64,000 nucleotides of DNA from Promethearchaeota archaeon (GTDB lineage: Archaea > Asgardarchaeota > Lokiarchaeia > Sigyniarchaeales > SOKP01), in the NCBI GenBank assembly GCA_016840085.1, contig JAEOTA010000051.1, positions 32,001-96,000 of the forward strand, read 5' to 3'. A program made the translations under genes and the position numbers. The notes beneath the pieces were generated by a model. The model was not told where the DNA came from. It did no database searches and was given only the letters and a program-made list of their open reading frames with translations. Shown here one piece after another: positions 10,052-20,307 of the stretch. Position 1 is the first letter of the stretch, and the number at the start of each line of letters is the position of its first letter.

Positions 10052-10384
10052 GTGAAAAACATGGCAAAAAAAAAAAATAGTACTCCTGCTGAAGAGGAAG
10101 ATTATGAAATTCCAATAGGAAAAGTAGATGAGGATGGAGATGAAATTTTAGATTTAGAAGATTGGAAAGATAACCTAGAAGAAGATATTGATTATGATCT
10201 TAGTAAAGTTAAAGACGATATGCTAGTTGATGAAACTGAGGATGAATCGTTTGGTTATGAAATCGATGAAGCAGAAGCGCTTTTGAGAAAAGTTAAATGT
10301 GCTCCATGTCCTGGCAGCTCAAGTAAGCGAAACTGTAAAGTTAGAGATGATTTTGGGTGTCCTCCCGATAAAGCTAAGAAATAA
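10052..10384 (+). CDS. Small acidic protein with C-terminal four-Cys motif
   Basis: D/E-rich N-terminal part, then CAPC..NC..FGC. Probable start is ATG at 10061, after GGTGA. Confidence 0.7.
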   Translation: MKNMAKKKNSTPAEEEDYEIPIGKVDEDGDEILDLEDWKDNLEEDIDYDLSKVKDDMLVDETEDESFGYEIDEAEALLRKVKCAPCPGSSSKRNCKVRDDFGCPPDKAKK

Positions 10385-10534
10385 GACTCAACCAGACAAA
10401 TTATCTTAAAAGATAATCAAGATCTAAGAAGAAATTTTATAAATTTTTTACTATTTCATTAATATAAAAATTTTTATTTCTGTCCCAATTCTATCTTTTG
10501 GTAATTAAATGCATAGATTTCTTAAGATTATTTA

Positions 10535-11548
10535 TTGTTGTGGAAACTTTTGCTATCAAATACTCAAAAACGCATAATATTAGTATTTATTGACATTTTG
10601 TTTAGTTGGTTTATTTGGCAAGTAAATATTTCTTTAGGAAATCCATGCTATTCTACAGCTTTTTTTAGATGTTTTATTTTATCAACAACAACGTTTTTAA
10701 TAGTTTATACACCATTTGAAATTTATTGGTCTTTTCGAGACCTTTGGTTTGATCGTTGGATTAATCTCAGCTCTAAGGAAATTGAAGTTTCTGAAATTAA
10801 AATTGATTTAAAAGATGGATTTTTGGCAGCGAATATTATAAAAAATCGAAATTCAGCAAAAGTTAAATTAAAAAGCTCAATAATAGTAATTTGTCATGGT
10901 TTCTCTGATACAAAAGAAACCCTTCAGTATTATTACTTTCCATTAGTTTACCAAGGATATATTGTGTTAGCCTATGACGCCAGAGGGACAGGAAAGTCTA
11001 AAAAATTAGGGAAAAGAAGTGATTTTTTAAAAAGAATCGAGGATTTCAAGAAAGTTATTGAGTGGATAAATTTAGAAAAAGAACTCTCTGAGTTGAAAAT
11101 TTACAGTATTGGTTTTAGTATTGGAGCAATAAGCGTATTATGCGGAGGTTTTTTAAACAATAGAATTAAGAAAATAATTGCTATCTCATCAATGTCTTAT
11201 TATAAACAAAACATTCCAAAACATAATCCCGTAGTTATGTTAAGCTATTTACTTAAAAGTGTGAAACTATTCCCAAATAAGGAAGAGAACGAGAAATTAT
11301 CACCATATTTAGTAATCAATAGTGCTAAAAAAGATCTTAGTAAAGAAGAATGGAAAAAATTATCAAGAAGAGTTATGTTGGTTCACTGTAAAAATGATAA
11401 AGTTATAAAGTTCAAAAATTTTGAAGAAAATAGAATACTTCTAGAAACACCTGAAAGAAATCTAATTATCTTGAAAAAAGGGGGCCATTCTCAAAAGAAA
11501 AACGAATCTTCATTAGTAGGGGCTACACTTAGCTTCTTGTATTCATAA
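10535..11548 (+). CDS. Alpha/beta hydrolase with N-terminal membrane segments
   Basis: CHGF, YDARGTG, GFSIG nucleophile elbow, NDKVI and GGHS motifs. Confidence 0.88.
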   Translation: MLWKLLLSNTQKRIILVFIDILFSWFIWQVNISLGNPCYSTAFFRCFILSTTTFLIVYTPFEIYWSFRDLWFDRWINLSSKEIEVSEIKIDLKDGFLAANIIKNRNSAKVKLKSSIIVICHGFSDTKETLQYYYFPLVYQGYIVLAYDARGTGKSKKLGKRSDFLKRIEDFKKVIEWINLEKELSELKIYSIGFSIGAISVLCGGFLNNRIKKIIAISSMSYYKQNIPKHNPVVMLSYLLKSVKLFPNKEENEKLSPYLVINSAKKDLSKEEWKKLSRRVMLVHCKNDKVIKFKNFEENRILLETPERNLIILKKGGHSQKKNESSLVGATLSFLYS

Positions 11549-11650
11549 TTGATAAAGCAAAGAATGCTCCTCCTTAATTGTGGGGGTTAAATAGTACTCT
11601 TTTAAATTAGATTAAAAAAATCTAAATTAAAAGAAGTTTCTTAAAATTAA

Positions 11651-11833
11651 ATGTTTAATTGTAAAATATGTGGAAAAGAAATTGAAAGAGTAAACTTAAA
11701 ATATGTTTTTCAGTTCACATTAGGAGATAATAAATTTGGAAAATTTATTGGTAAAGAGACTTTTTATTGCCATGTTAATTGTTTAAATGAATACACTTCT
11801 ATTAAACTAAAATTAGAACTACCTATTACTTAA
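11651..11833 (+). CDS. Small putative zinc-finger protein
   Basis: CKIC ... CHVNC in 60 aa. Confidence 0.5.
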   Translation: MFNCKICGKEIERVNLKYVFQFTLGDNKFGKFIGKETFYCHVNCLNEYTSIKLKLELPIT

Positions 11834-11863
11834 AGAATTAAATTTTCTTATTTACCATCAGAA

Positions 11864-13030
11864 TTAATAAAGTTTGATCATTTCTTTTATCGATTCAATA
11901 ACTAATATAATACTTGCATTAACTTTTTTAAGTTTCTCCTTAAAATAATTTGTTTCTTTTTTAGATTTCTCAATTTCTTCGAAAATGTTAAAAAAGTGTT
12001 TTTCAGACTCTAATTCCATTGCATATACATTTTTTCGTTTTGTAGCATCATTCATATTTACTAAACATCCATGGTCATGAAAGTGATGATTAAATGCTGG
12101 AAAATAGGTTTCCCATAATAATTCTTTTAACTTTTCATAAACGTTTTGAGCAAGCTCCTTACAGTATTTCTTACTCCTATTGCTATAACAAAAATAGAAT
12201 GATAATTTTTTATAATTACTAGCTATATACTCTTTCAATCTTTCATATACTATATCTAATTGTTTAGTTGTTAAATTTATATGAGTGTGATTAGTATTAG
12301 GTGTACATTTATAAAATAAAGGTTTCCTAAAATGGGGTATATTATAGAGTTTGATAATATTATATACTATTGCCTCCTTAAGCCAGTGTGAAAATTTGTA
12401 AGTAATTGAATCTTTATTTAAATTTTCAATTAATTCTGTTGAAAATCTTTTAAGAAGAGAAGTTTCATGAAAATCAAGTATATATATCGATATATCCTCA
12501 TTTTCCCAGAATTTTTCCAATAAATTCTTCATAATTCTCGCATGTTCTGGAATGTTAAATTGATTTAAATCATTTTCTCCTTTATTATATTCCGGGATAA
12601 AAGTTCTCCTCCAATATCGATTTAGATTTGTACCATTTTCTAAAAAATATCCTGATTTATTTTCTTTTTTAGGATATAAAAATCCATAGGGATTCATTAA
12701 TGGAGCAAAAATTAGAATCTGAAAATTTAATAAAATTTCATTTATGGAAATCTTCGATGTTTTAATCATATTAAGAAATTCTAAAAACCCAAATAATCCA
12801 TTATATTCATTATGCTGTGCACCCACAAAAACCTTTACAAATTTAACTTTATTTGGATCCAATTCTTTTGAGATAATAATAATTGGAACTTTTCCTTCAG
12901 AGGTTTCAAATTCTAAATAATTTAAATCATCTAATTTACTAAATTCCTTAAATTTAGTTAAAATTTTTTCATATAATTTGTTTCTATTCGGCAAATCTAA
13001 TAATTCTTTTAAAGTCTCTAAGCTCACCAA
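11864..13030 (-). CDS. M14-family zinc carboxypeptidase / succinylglutamate desuccinylase-like hydrolase
   Basis: GAQHNE (HxxE-like, one residue short), NPYG, NGTNLNRYW, LDFHE and a candidate catalytic Glu in AMELE. Confidence 0.75.
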   Translation of the reverse strand: MVSLETLKELLDLPNRNKLYEKILTKFKEFSKLDDLNYLEFETSEGKVPIIIISKELDPNKVKFVKVFVGAQHNEYNGLFGFLEFLNMIKTSKISINEILLNFQILIFAPLMNPYGFLYPKKENKSGYFLENGTNLNRYWRRTFIPEYNKGENDLNQFNIPEHARIMKNLLEKFWENEDISIYILDFHETSLLKRFSTELIENLNKDSITYKFSHWLKEAIVYNIIKLYNIPHFRKPLFYKCTPNTNHTHINLTTKQLDIVYERLKEYIASNYKKLSFYFCYSNRSKKYCKELAQNVYEKLKELLWETYFPAFNHHFHDHGCLVNMNDATKRKNVYAMELESEKHFFNIFEEIEKSKKETNYFKEKLKKVNASIILVIESIKEMIKLY

Positions 13031-13033
13031 GGT

Positions 13034-14473
13034 TTAATCAACAACTGTATCCCAATCAGAGAAATTTATAATTATTTCATAGTTTCTTACCATACTCGCA
13101 AATAATACACAGCCAATACAAAACAAATTTACAAAATCATCTTTAGTCAAATTTAATAATTTACAATTTTTTTCTGAGAATCCAATTCCTCTCTCGACTT
13201 CGATTTGCCCATTGTAACCAGATAAATTTACTACAAATTCCTGTTTATCTAAACCGGTACTAAAGCTTCCACGTGCAATTCTTGCTAATCCCCCTATTGG
13301 GATTATCATATTATTCCGTTGAGCTAAATATATCCTTAAATCGAATGTATGTTTTTTTTCCCGCCAATCAATCAAAGAAAAATTTGCCTTTTCTTGAATA
13401 GTATAGGGAAAAGGATTACGATTTTTCATAAACTTTGCAAAAAATTCCCTTTTGCTTTCTTCAATAATGCGTTTAATGTTTGCGGAATCTTCGTCTATAG
13501 ATACTGGAAATATTCCTGCTCCCCCTGAACCCCCACTTGGTTTAATAACAAAAGGTTTTTTATACTTTTTTAATAAATATTGTAGTTTATTAATTAAATC
13601 TACTTCACTAAATGCTTTAGTAAATAGAAGGTATCTAAGATTGTATTTTTCTAAAATATCTTTACTGAAATAACTAGCTAAATATGTTAGAGATTTATCA
13701 TCAGTGATTCTAAATATAGGATTAATAATAATAGTGTTAATTTGATGGTAATTTTCTTTGATTTGCATTATAAATTTCTCATCATTTAAACGTCTTGTAA
13801 TTCCATCACCTATTAAAACACTAACTTCCTCACTCTTATATTTAACCCAATTATTTGAAAATGAGAGTGTATAAGAAAGCTGTTTATAATCTGCAATTAA
13901 AAAGACAATATCCGCTTTAAAATCTTTATCAAAGTTTTCTGTATTAAAAATTTTAACAGAATAAAATTTCGATTTTAAAGCTTTTCTAAAATATTCAATC
14001 ATAATAACTTTTTCGTGAATTAACGCATCATTAACAGGCACCCCAACTAATACAAAAACCTTATTATCGTCATGTTTATTTAATTTTATTGCTTGATTAA
14101 TGGCTTCAAGATATCCATTAAATAATAATTCTTGCTGTTTTTTTGAGATTATTGAAAGTCCCCTATGCGATCCTCCATTTGTTTCTAAGAGAAAAAACCT
14201 TTTACCCTCTGGTTCATCAGACACCATAAAATCGATACTACCGGCATAGAAAGAGTTAATATTGATAAGAAAATTATCATTATCTTTTTCCATTTTCTCT
14301 AACGCTCTCGTTCTAATTAAATCAATAAAAAGGTTTTCTTGTGAAGCTCTTAATTCAGCAAATGATACTAAATTAAGTCCTAATGAGTGGCCTAATTGTA
14401 TTAATTCTAGATCTGAATCTGATATACTAGTAGACATTAGCTTAAGAAATTTATTTAGCAAACTTTCTTCCAT
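13034..14473 (-). CDS. Circularly permuted ATP-grasp amidoligase
   Basis: The D...ExN motif (SIDF..FLLETNGG) is near the N-terminus, ahead of DDK, VIKPSGGSGGAG, IQEK, FDLRIY, GGLARIA and VVNLS. Confidence 0.8.
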   Translation of the reverse strand: MEESLLNKFLKLMSTSISDSDLELIQLGHSLGLNLVSFAELRASQENLFIDLIRTRALEKMEKDNDNFLININSFYAGSIDFMVSDEPEGKRFFLLETNGGSHRGLSIISKKQQELLFNGYLEAINQAIKLNKHDDNKVFVLVGVPVNDALIHEKVIMIEYFRKALKSKFYSVKIFNTENFDKDFKADIVFLIADYKQLSYTLSFSNNWVKYKSEEVSVLIGDGITRRLNDEKFIMQIKENYHQINTIIINPIFRITDDKSLTYLASYFSKDILEKYNLRYLLFTKAFSEVDLINKLQYLLKKYKKPFVIKPSGGSGGAGIFPVSIDEDSANIKRIIEESKREFFAKFMKNRNPFPYTIQEKANFSLIDWREKKHTFDLRIYLAQRNNMIIPIGGLARIARGSFSTGLDKQEFVVNLSGYNGQIEVERGIGFSEKNCKLLNLTKDDFVNLFCIGCVLFASMVRNYEIIINFSDWDTVVD

Positions 14474-14632
14474 TAAAAATCAATTAAAGACAATACAGTT
14501 ATCTTATATTAATTTTAATACAATCTTTTTTTATATTTTTTTACTCATTATTAAAAAAAGTCTCGTTCTTTATGCATTAAAAAAATAGAGAAGAATCAAT
14601 AATCTAATCTTTTCTAGTCTTTAAAGATTTAA

Positions 14633-15865
14633 TCATAAATATAAATATCCTTGATGATTCCCTTTTATAGATAATCTCAGGCTCCCAAGTAAAATTTTTT
14701 TTACTTGAAGTTGTTGTTTATAAGTTAAGTTTGAGTAAAGTAATATATAGTTCTTCTCAACATTTATTGTAAATAGGAGCCCTATTTCTGTCAATTCAGA
14801 ATTCTCTGTGAGTAAGCCTATTATAACATAGTGATAAGGAAGATTAATGAGATCATTAATGTCAATTTTCTTTTCAATAATAGTATCATTATCTTTATCG
14901 TAATCCATTTTTATAAATTCGATATCATCTAATGGAATTGAAATTTTTCTAAACTCTTCAAATTTTTTGGAAAATTGACTTTGTCTCAAAAATCTTCTCT
15001 CTTCTTTATTTTTATCATAAAAATATTTGTTTATTTCCTTTATTAAATAGATTTTTCTATCTTTTCTTAAGGTTGATGCTGTTTTTTGTATATCTTTTAG
15101 TTCTTCAATTGTATCATCATGAAATATGATTATGATATCTGGATCTACTGTTTTTATGAAAAAGTTTTTGTAGAGTATACCTGCTTCAGTTTTGATCCAA
15201 CCATCTGTATCGATTAAGATAAAATCAGTATTTTTATTATTTTCAATATATCTGTCAATTAATCTCTTACAAGAAAGAGAAACAATAAATTTATAATTTC
15301 CCTTTGGAAATGTGTTTCCTATAAAAACTGTTTCCTCAGAACTGACATTTTCACTTGATATAATATAATCCTTAATTGTACCAATGTTTAAAGTCGTAGG
15401 AAGATATATTATTTGCTGTCCAAGATCAGAATCGAGATAACCCCCTTTTAATCCCTCTTTAATAAAACTATTAGCTAAATACTTAATAAGAGTTGTTTTT
15501 CCACTACTAATTCCTAATACCATTATTTTTAATGGTGAACCAGTTTTCTGTTTTAATTTTTTTATAATTTCGTCTTTAATTTCAACCCATTGAGGAAAAA
15601 TAGAATTTTCTTCGATTAAATTAAGATTTTCTTCAAGGTTAGTGTAAATTTCTAATTTTGAATTCTGTTGCGCATATAAAGGAAAGATTTGGGCACTTTG
15701 TATTATTAAAACATTTTTTTCTTCAATACCAAGTTCTCCTTGACTACCGGTTCCTTTGATAGGAAGAAAAATCTTATTAAATACATCTATTTTTCCTTCT
15801 AATACTGTTATTCTTGCAGGGCCTTTTACCAATAAAGTATTTCCTTTATCAATATTTTTAATCAT
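14633..15865 (-). CDS. Clp1/Grc3-family polynucleotide 5'-kinase
   Basis: TLLVKGPA N-terminal domain, GISSGKTT P-loop, LDSDLGQ, LIDTDGW and ERRFLR lid motifs. Confidence 0.88.
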   Translation of the reverse strand: MIKNIDKGNTLLVKGPARITVLEGKIDVFNKIFLPIKGTGSQGELGIEEKNVLIIQSAQIFPLYAQQNSKLEIYTNLEENLNLIEENSIFPQWVEIKDEIIKKLKQKTGSPLKIMVLGISSGKTTLIKYLANSFIKEGLKGGYLDSDLGQQIIYLPTTLNIGTIKDYIISSENVSSEETVFIGNTFPKGNYKFIVSLSCKRLIDRYIENNKNTDFILIDTDGWIKTEAGILYKNFFIKTVDPDIIIIFHDDTIEELKDIQKTASTLRKDRKIYLIKEINKYFYDKNKEERRFLRQSQFSKKFEEFRKISIPLDDIEFIKMDYDKDNDTIIEKKIDINDLINLPYHYVIIGLLTENSELTEIGLLFTINVEKNYILLYSNLTYKQQLQVKKILLGSLRLSIKGNHQGYLYL

Positions 15866-16080
15866 AGGTTATTCATCTTAGATCGACAATAATTTAAAAG
15901 TATTATTCAATTATGATTTTTTTTAATATCTCTAATTTACCCTTTTTTTTTACGATAAAAATTAAGTATGGATATTCAAATATTCTTCTTATAAAATGTA
16001 TATTAATCATAATTTAGGTTTTTAAAAATTGCAAAAGTCTAATCTTGATATTTTAAGTAATTTATTTAATAATAAATAAT

Positions 16081-16845
16081 TTAAGGACAAATTTTTTTTA
16101 TAAATTTTATAAGTTCTAAAACAATTTGATTATGATCTGGGCTATTTAATATTGGATGATCATTATGTTCTAACCAAATTTTCCACTTTTTTTTAGAATT
16201 AATGTTATTGTAAATATAATTCATGCTATCTTTTTTAATTACAGAATCAAATCGCCCTTGAAATAATAATGTTGGACAATTCACTTCAGTTAATGATTTT
16301 TTTATTATTTTCATCAATTTTTTTATTTTTGGCACGATATTTAAGGGTATCTTATCATAACCAACCCATTTTTGATTTGTATCTTTTCTAAATTGTTCTG
16401 AATCAACAGCGTGATATTTCATAAAAATTTTAAAGAATGGTACCAAATAAATTAAAAATGAACGAATACCTATTGGTGTGCTTATAGTAAAAATTCCATC
16501 TAAGTTATAATTTGTAGCTAATAGTAAAGTTAAAACACCACCCATAGAATGACCTCCTACAACAATCATATCACATTTATTCATCAACTTGCCCAAATCC
16601 TTATCTAAAGCAGATTTCCAATCATCAATATGAACATTCTTTAAATCTTCAGGTGTAGTCCCAAATCCCGGGAGTAAAGGAACATAAATAGTATAATCTC
16701 CTCTTGCGTGCAAATCTTCCGCTAAAGGTTTCAGATCAGCACAAGTTCCTCCTCCTCCTCCATGAATGATTAAGAGTCCAATTTCATTTCCTTCAAAATA
16801 AAACGGACCCGCACCAGGCATTATTTTTAATTTATTGCCTTTCAT
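16081..16845 (-). CDS. Carboxylesterase (Est30/YvaK-like alpha/beta hydrolase)
   Basis: PFYFEG, LLPGFGT, GHSMGG, QGRFDSVI and HNDH motifs. Confidence 0.9.
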   Translation of the reverse strand: MKGNKLKIMPGAGPFYFEGNEIGLLIIHGGGGGTCADLKPLAEDLHARGDYTIYVPLLPGFGTTPEDLKNVHIDDWKSALDKDLGKLMNKCDMIVVGGHSMGGVLTLLLATNYNLDGIFTISTPIGIRSFLIYLVPFFKIFMKYHAVDSEQFRKDTNQKWVGYDKIPLNIVPKIKKLMKIIKKSLTEVNCPTLLFQGRFDSVIKKDSMNYIYNNINSKKKWKIWLEHNDHPILNSPDHNQIVLELIKFIKKICP

Positions 16846-16955
16846 TAAAACTCAAATTTAAATTATAATTTCATGATTATTACCATTTATTATCGAAAAA
16901 GGAAATATTTTTAAAAACAAATTACCCTTAAATAAATTTTAATTCTTATAAATAA

Positions 16956-17483
16956 TTACTTTCTATGGGCCCTATAGCAAGGAATGCACATTGTGCTATT
17001 TTCATAAAACATAAGTCGATTATTCATAGTAAGTTCACCACAAATATCACACGGAATTGATTCCTCTATTTCTGCCAATCCAGGGGGATTGAAATCTAGT
17101 TCGTATATATTAAAAATATCCTTAGGTTTTGACTTTAATATTTTTTGAACCCTCTCCATTTTTGATAACTTTTTATCTCCAAAATCCTTATTCTTAATGG
17201 CTAATTTCACCGCTTTTTCAGTTTCTCTATTATAGAAATAATAATTAAGTTTTCCATAATCTTGGTGAATTAAATTACCTTTACCGTATGTAGTTCCTAA
17301 TAAAACTTGGAGTGCATCAACACTACAATTATCATTCTCAATAACAGCCACCACCTCTTCGTTAGGAGAATATTTAAATCCATTCTCTAACATGTATTTT
17401 GCAGCTAGGACACCTATTGCTAAGCCTGGACATATATGCCCATGAAATTTAACTGCTTTTTCCATTAAATCTTTAGCTTCCAT
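16956..17483 (-). CDS. fmdE: FmdE-family protein
   Basis: FHGHICPGLAIG, NCSVDALQ, GKGNL and a C-terminal CxxC..CxxC. Confidence 0.9.
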   Translation of the reverse strand: MEAKDLMEKAVKFHGHICPGLAIGVLAAKYMLENGFKYSPNEEVVAVIENDNCSVDALQVLLGTTYGKGNLIHQDYGKLNYYFYNRETEKAVKLAIKNKDFGDKKLSKMERVQKILKSKPKDIFNIYELDFNPPGLAEIEESIPCDICGELTMNNRLMFYENSTMCIPCYRAHRK

Positions 17484-17591
17484 AGATAATTTAAGAATTT
17501 TTTTTTTGATTAAATTTCAATTATATAATTTATTACATGTTTTAAATATATTTAATATAGAATGTATTAATAAGAGCATCAATCTATAAAG

Positions 17592-18083
17592 ATGAAATTA
17601 TTAGTAGATGCAATGTTAGGAAGATTAGCGCGTTTCCTTAGAATTTTTGGATATGATACTATATATGCAAACGATTTGATTGACTACTTTAAAATTAATC
17701 CTGTTCCAGATGAAAAATTAATTGAATATGCTCAAAAAAATAATCGGATTATTATAACTAAGGATTACCCTCTCTCTAAGGGTCTTAGAAACAAAAGTCT
17801 ATATCTGAAAGGAGAGGGAGTATATAATTACTTATACCAACTTAAAAGAAGGTTAGGATTAAGTTTTGATTTTAAAATTGAACGAGCAAGATGTTCGAAC
17901 TGCAATTCACCTTTAAAAAAAATTAAAGATAAAAGTTTGATAAAAAATATTGTTTTAAAAGACACATTTAACCATTATAATGAATTCTTTCAATGTTCTA
18001 ATCTAGATTGCAAAAAAATCTATTGGAAAGGGACTCATATTGAAGATATTGAAAACAAGTTAGAAAAAAAGTTCAATATATAA
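17592..18083 (+). CDS. Mut7-C RNase (PIN-like domain plus Zn ribbon)
   Basis: VDAMLGRLARFLR, IITKD, RCSNCN and C..C.KIYWKGTH motifs. Confidence 0.92.
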   Translation: MKLLVDAMLGRLARFLRIFGYDTIYANDLIDYFKINPVPDEKLIEYAQKNNRIIITKDYPLSKGLRNKSLYLKGEGVYNYLYQLKRRLGLSFDFKIERARCSNCNSPLKKIKDKSLIKNIVLKDTFNHYNEFFQCSNLDCKKIYWKGTHIEDIENKLEKKFNI

Positions 18084-18091
18084 ACTTATTT

Positions 18092-18322
18092 CTATTTTTT
18101 CTTAAAATATTTATCTTTTATTTCCATGAATCTTTGTTTTGTTTTTTCTGCAAGTTCAGTATAATTACCTTTCATATACATACTGTAGGCTTGATTTAAT
18201 AATTCAAGACACTTTCGATATTCTATATTCTTAAAATGATTTTCAGAAAGAGATACCAAATAGTCTCCCTTTTTTTTATAAAATTCTATAAATTGCTCTG
18301 ATGTATCAATTTTCTTATCCAT
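18092..18322 (-). CDS. Small helical (TPR-like) hypothetical protein
   Basis: ORF with a TPR-like pattern (YRKCLELLNQAYSMY). Confidence 0.55.
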   Translation of the reverse strand: MDKKIDTSEQFIEFYKKKGDYLVSLSENHFKNIEYRKCLELLNQAYSMYMKGNYTELAEKTKQRFMEIKDKYFKKK

Positions 18323-18435
18323 TCTGTTTTGAAAATCCGAAATTTGAATTTAAATATATGATATCTTATATTGTTAATTATAATAAATTAACTATAATTA
18401 TTACATTCTTATATAAGTAGTTTTTGATGAATCAT

Positions 18436-19869
18436 TCAGATTTGTTCAGCTCTTTCACGAAATTTTTCCATATCAACCACGATTCCTTTTAAACGCGATT
18501 CATCGGCAGCAAAAGCCATTAAGTGACTCTCAACTGTCTCCCGTGCATTTGTTAAAGGTTGAGTTTTTTCTTTATTAATGAGCGATTCAATGTAGGCATC
18601 TACTAGTTCAAAATTTCCTACACCATGCTCACCGGATTCACGTGTCAATTTTTTTCTATGTACAAGTTTTTCTGAGCCTGTAAAATGATCATAGAGAATA
18701 ATTTTCTCACCACTTATATGAAATTCACCTATTAATGTTGCTTTTGTTCCATCAATTCTTAAAGTACGACCTTCTTGTTCGCTGAAACCATGCATCGTTA
18801 AATTAGCTGTAACTCCGTTTTCAAATTCAATATTAACGACTTGATGATCTACTACATCATTATTGCAACGATATACACATTTTCCATATTGACTATTTTT
18901 AAGAATCTTAAGCTTAGCTTCATCAGTATAATCTTCTTTCTGGCCGGTATATAAATAATAAATTGGAAAGTCTCGATAATACCGTAATTCCTTAAGCGGT
19001 GTTACAAATTTTGAAATATATTTTAAAAATTTCACATAGTTCTTTCTTAACTTACCTAATATCTTTAAAAACCTGTTATCGCTTTTCTCCATCAATTGAA
19101 TTTGTGGGATAATATCAATATATATTCTTGGAGCGTAATAAAGGCATTTATCTTTAGCAGGGCATCCCTCTAAACAATATTCTGGAGCTCCTTTTGGAGC
19201 ATTCTCAGGTTTAAAATGCATTAAACTTCCAAAAGAACTAACTTTCTTTGGAAGTGAACCAACTAAATGAAAAAGTAAATCAAAATCATGACAACATTTT
19301 GCTAATATCATTGGAGATGATTTTTCTACATTTGACCATGGGCCTCTGATAAAACTATGGGCGTAATGATACCACATTACATTTTCTCTATGAGAAATAT
19401 TAACAATATCTCCTAATAATCCTTTTCTTGCTATTTCATATACAGTTGAAAAAAAATCAGTGTATCTTAGAACATGGCTCACCCCTAATACTCTTCCTGT
19501 CTCTTCTACTTTTTTAACTATTTTTATACAATCTTCTAGTCTATGAGCCATAGGTTTTTCTAAAAGCACGTGATACCCTTTTTCTAAGGCTAGTAATGTA
19601 GGTTTTGTATGCATTTGATCTTGCGTGCAAACAAATGCTACATCTGCTAATTTTTCTTCTAAAAGTAAATCTTCCCAACTTTTATAGCATCTATTTGAAG
19701 GAATCTTATGGAGTTTAGCAAATTTTTCACATCTAGTTTTAATAGGTTCAGCTACAGCAATAAATTTTAATTTTTTTTTATTTTTCAGAGCATATTCACC
19801 ATATGCCTGAAGCCCCCTTCTCCCAGCTCCAAGCATTACCGCAGTAATTGGTAATTTAATCTTAAACAC
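18436..19869 (-). CDS. Gfo/Idh/MocA-family oxidoreductase
   Basis: LGAGRRG, VLLEKPMA, HVLRY, KCCHDFD and DVVDHQVV motifs. Confidence 0.92.
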   Translation of the reverse strand: MFKIKLPITAVMLGAGRRGLQAYGEYALKNKKKLKFIAVAEPIKTRCEKFAKLHKIPSNRCYKSWEDLLLEEKLADVAFVCTQDQMHTKPTLLALEKGYHVLLEKPMAHRLEDCIKIVKKVEETGRVLGVSHVLRYTDFFSTVYEIARKGLLGDIVNISHRENVMWYHYAHSFIRGPWSNVEKSSPMILAKCCHDFDLLFHLVGSLPKKVSSFGSLMHFKPENAPKGAPEYCLEGCPAKDKCLYYAPRIYIDIIPQIQLMEKSDNRFLKILGKLRKNYVKFLKYISKFVTPLKELRYYRDFPIYYLYTGQKEDYTDEAKLKILKNSQYGKCVYRCNNDVVDHQVVNIEFENGVTANLTMHGFSEQEGRTLRIDGTKATLIGEFHISGEKIILYDHFTGSEKLVHRKKLTRESGEHGVGNFELVDAYIESLINKEKTQPLTNARETVESHLMAFAADESRLKGIVVDMEKFRERAEQI

Positions 19870-19967
19870 CTATAATGATGATATTCTATAGAAGAAGAAT
19901 TCATAAAAATCTAAAGTTTTCAATAGATTACCATAATTAGTGATTTTTAAAATAGATAATCATTATT

Positions 19968-20201
19968 TTACTCCTTGTTAGAATTTTCAAGTTGATCTCT
20001 ATAATTGAAAACCGCTTTAGCTATTTCCCCCAAATATGCAACTGGAGTCATTGATTTTCCACACTTGTTACATTTAAAATCAACCATGCCTTCTATCGAA
20101 ATCATTGCCCCATCATCACAAAAAGCACACATTTCGAAAGACCATTTGTCTATTACTTTCATTATTTTTTCTATAAATTCTTCTTGAATTGATGCTGTCA
20201 T
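19968..20201 (-). CDS. Small zinc-ribbon protein
   Basis: CAFC...CNKC; GTGA lies 6 nt before the ATG. Confidence 0.65.
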   Translation of the reverse strand: MTASIQEEFIEKIMKVIDKWSFEMCAFCDDGAMISIEGMVDFKCNKCGKSMTPVAYLGEIAKAVFNYRDQLENSNKE

Positions 20202-20307
20202 GATAAATCACATTACATTATTTTACTATTATAGTTAATTATTTTTATTTTTTTTTTTGAAAACAAAATAGTAATTAATCATCTATTTAAGAAGCTTATG
20301 TTGAAAT

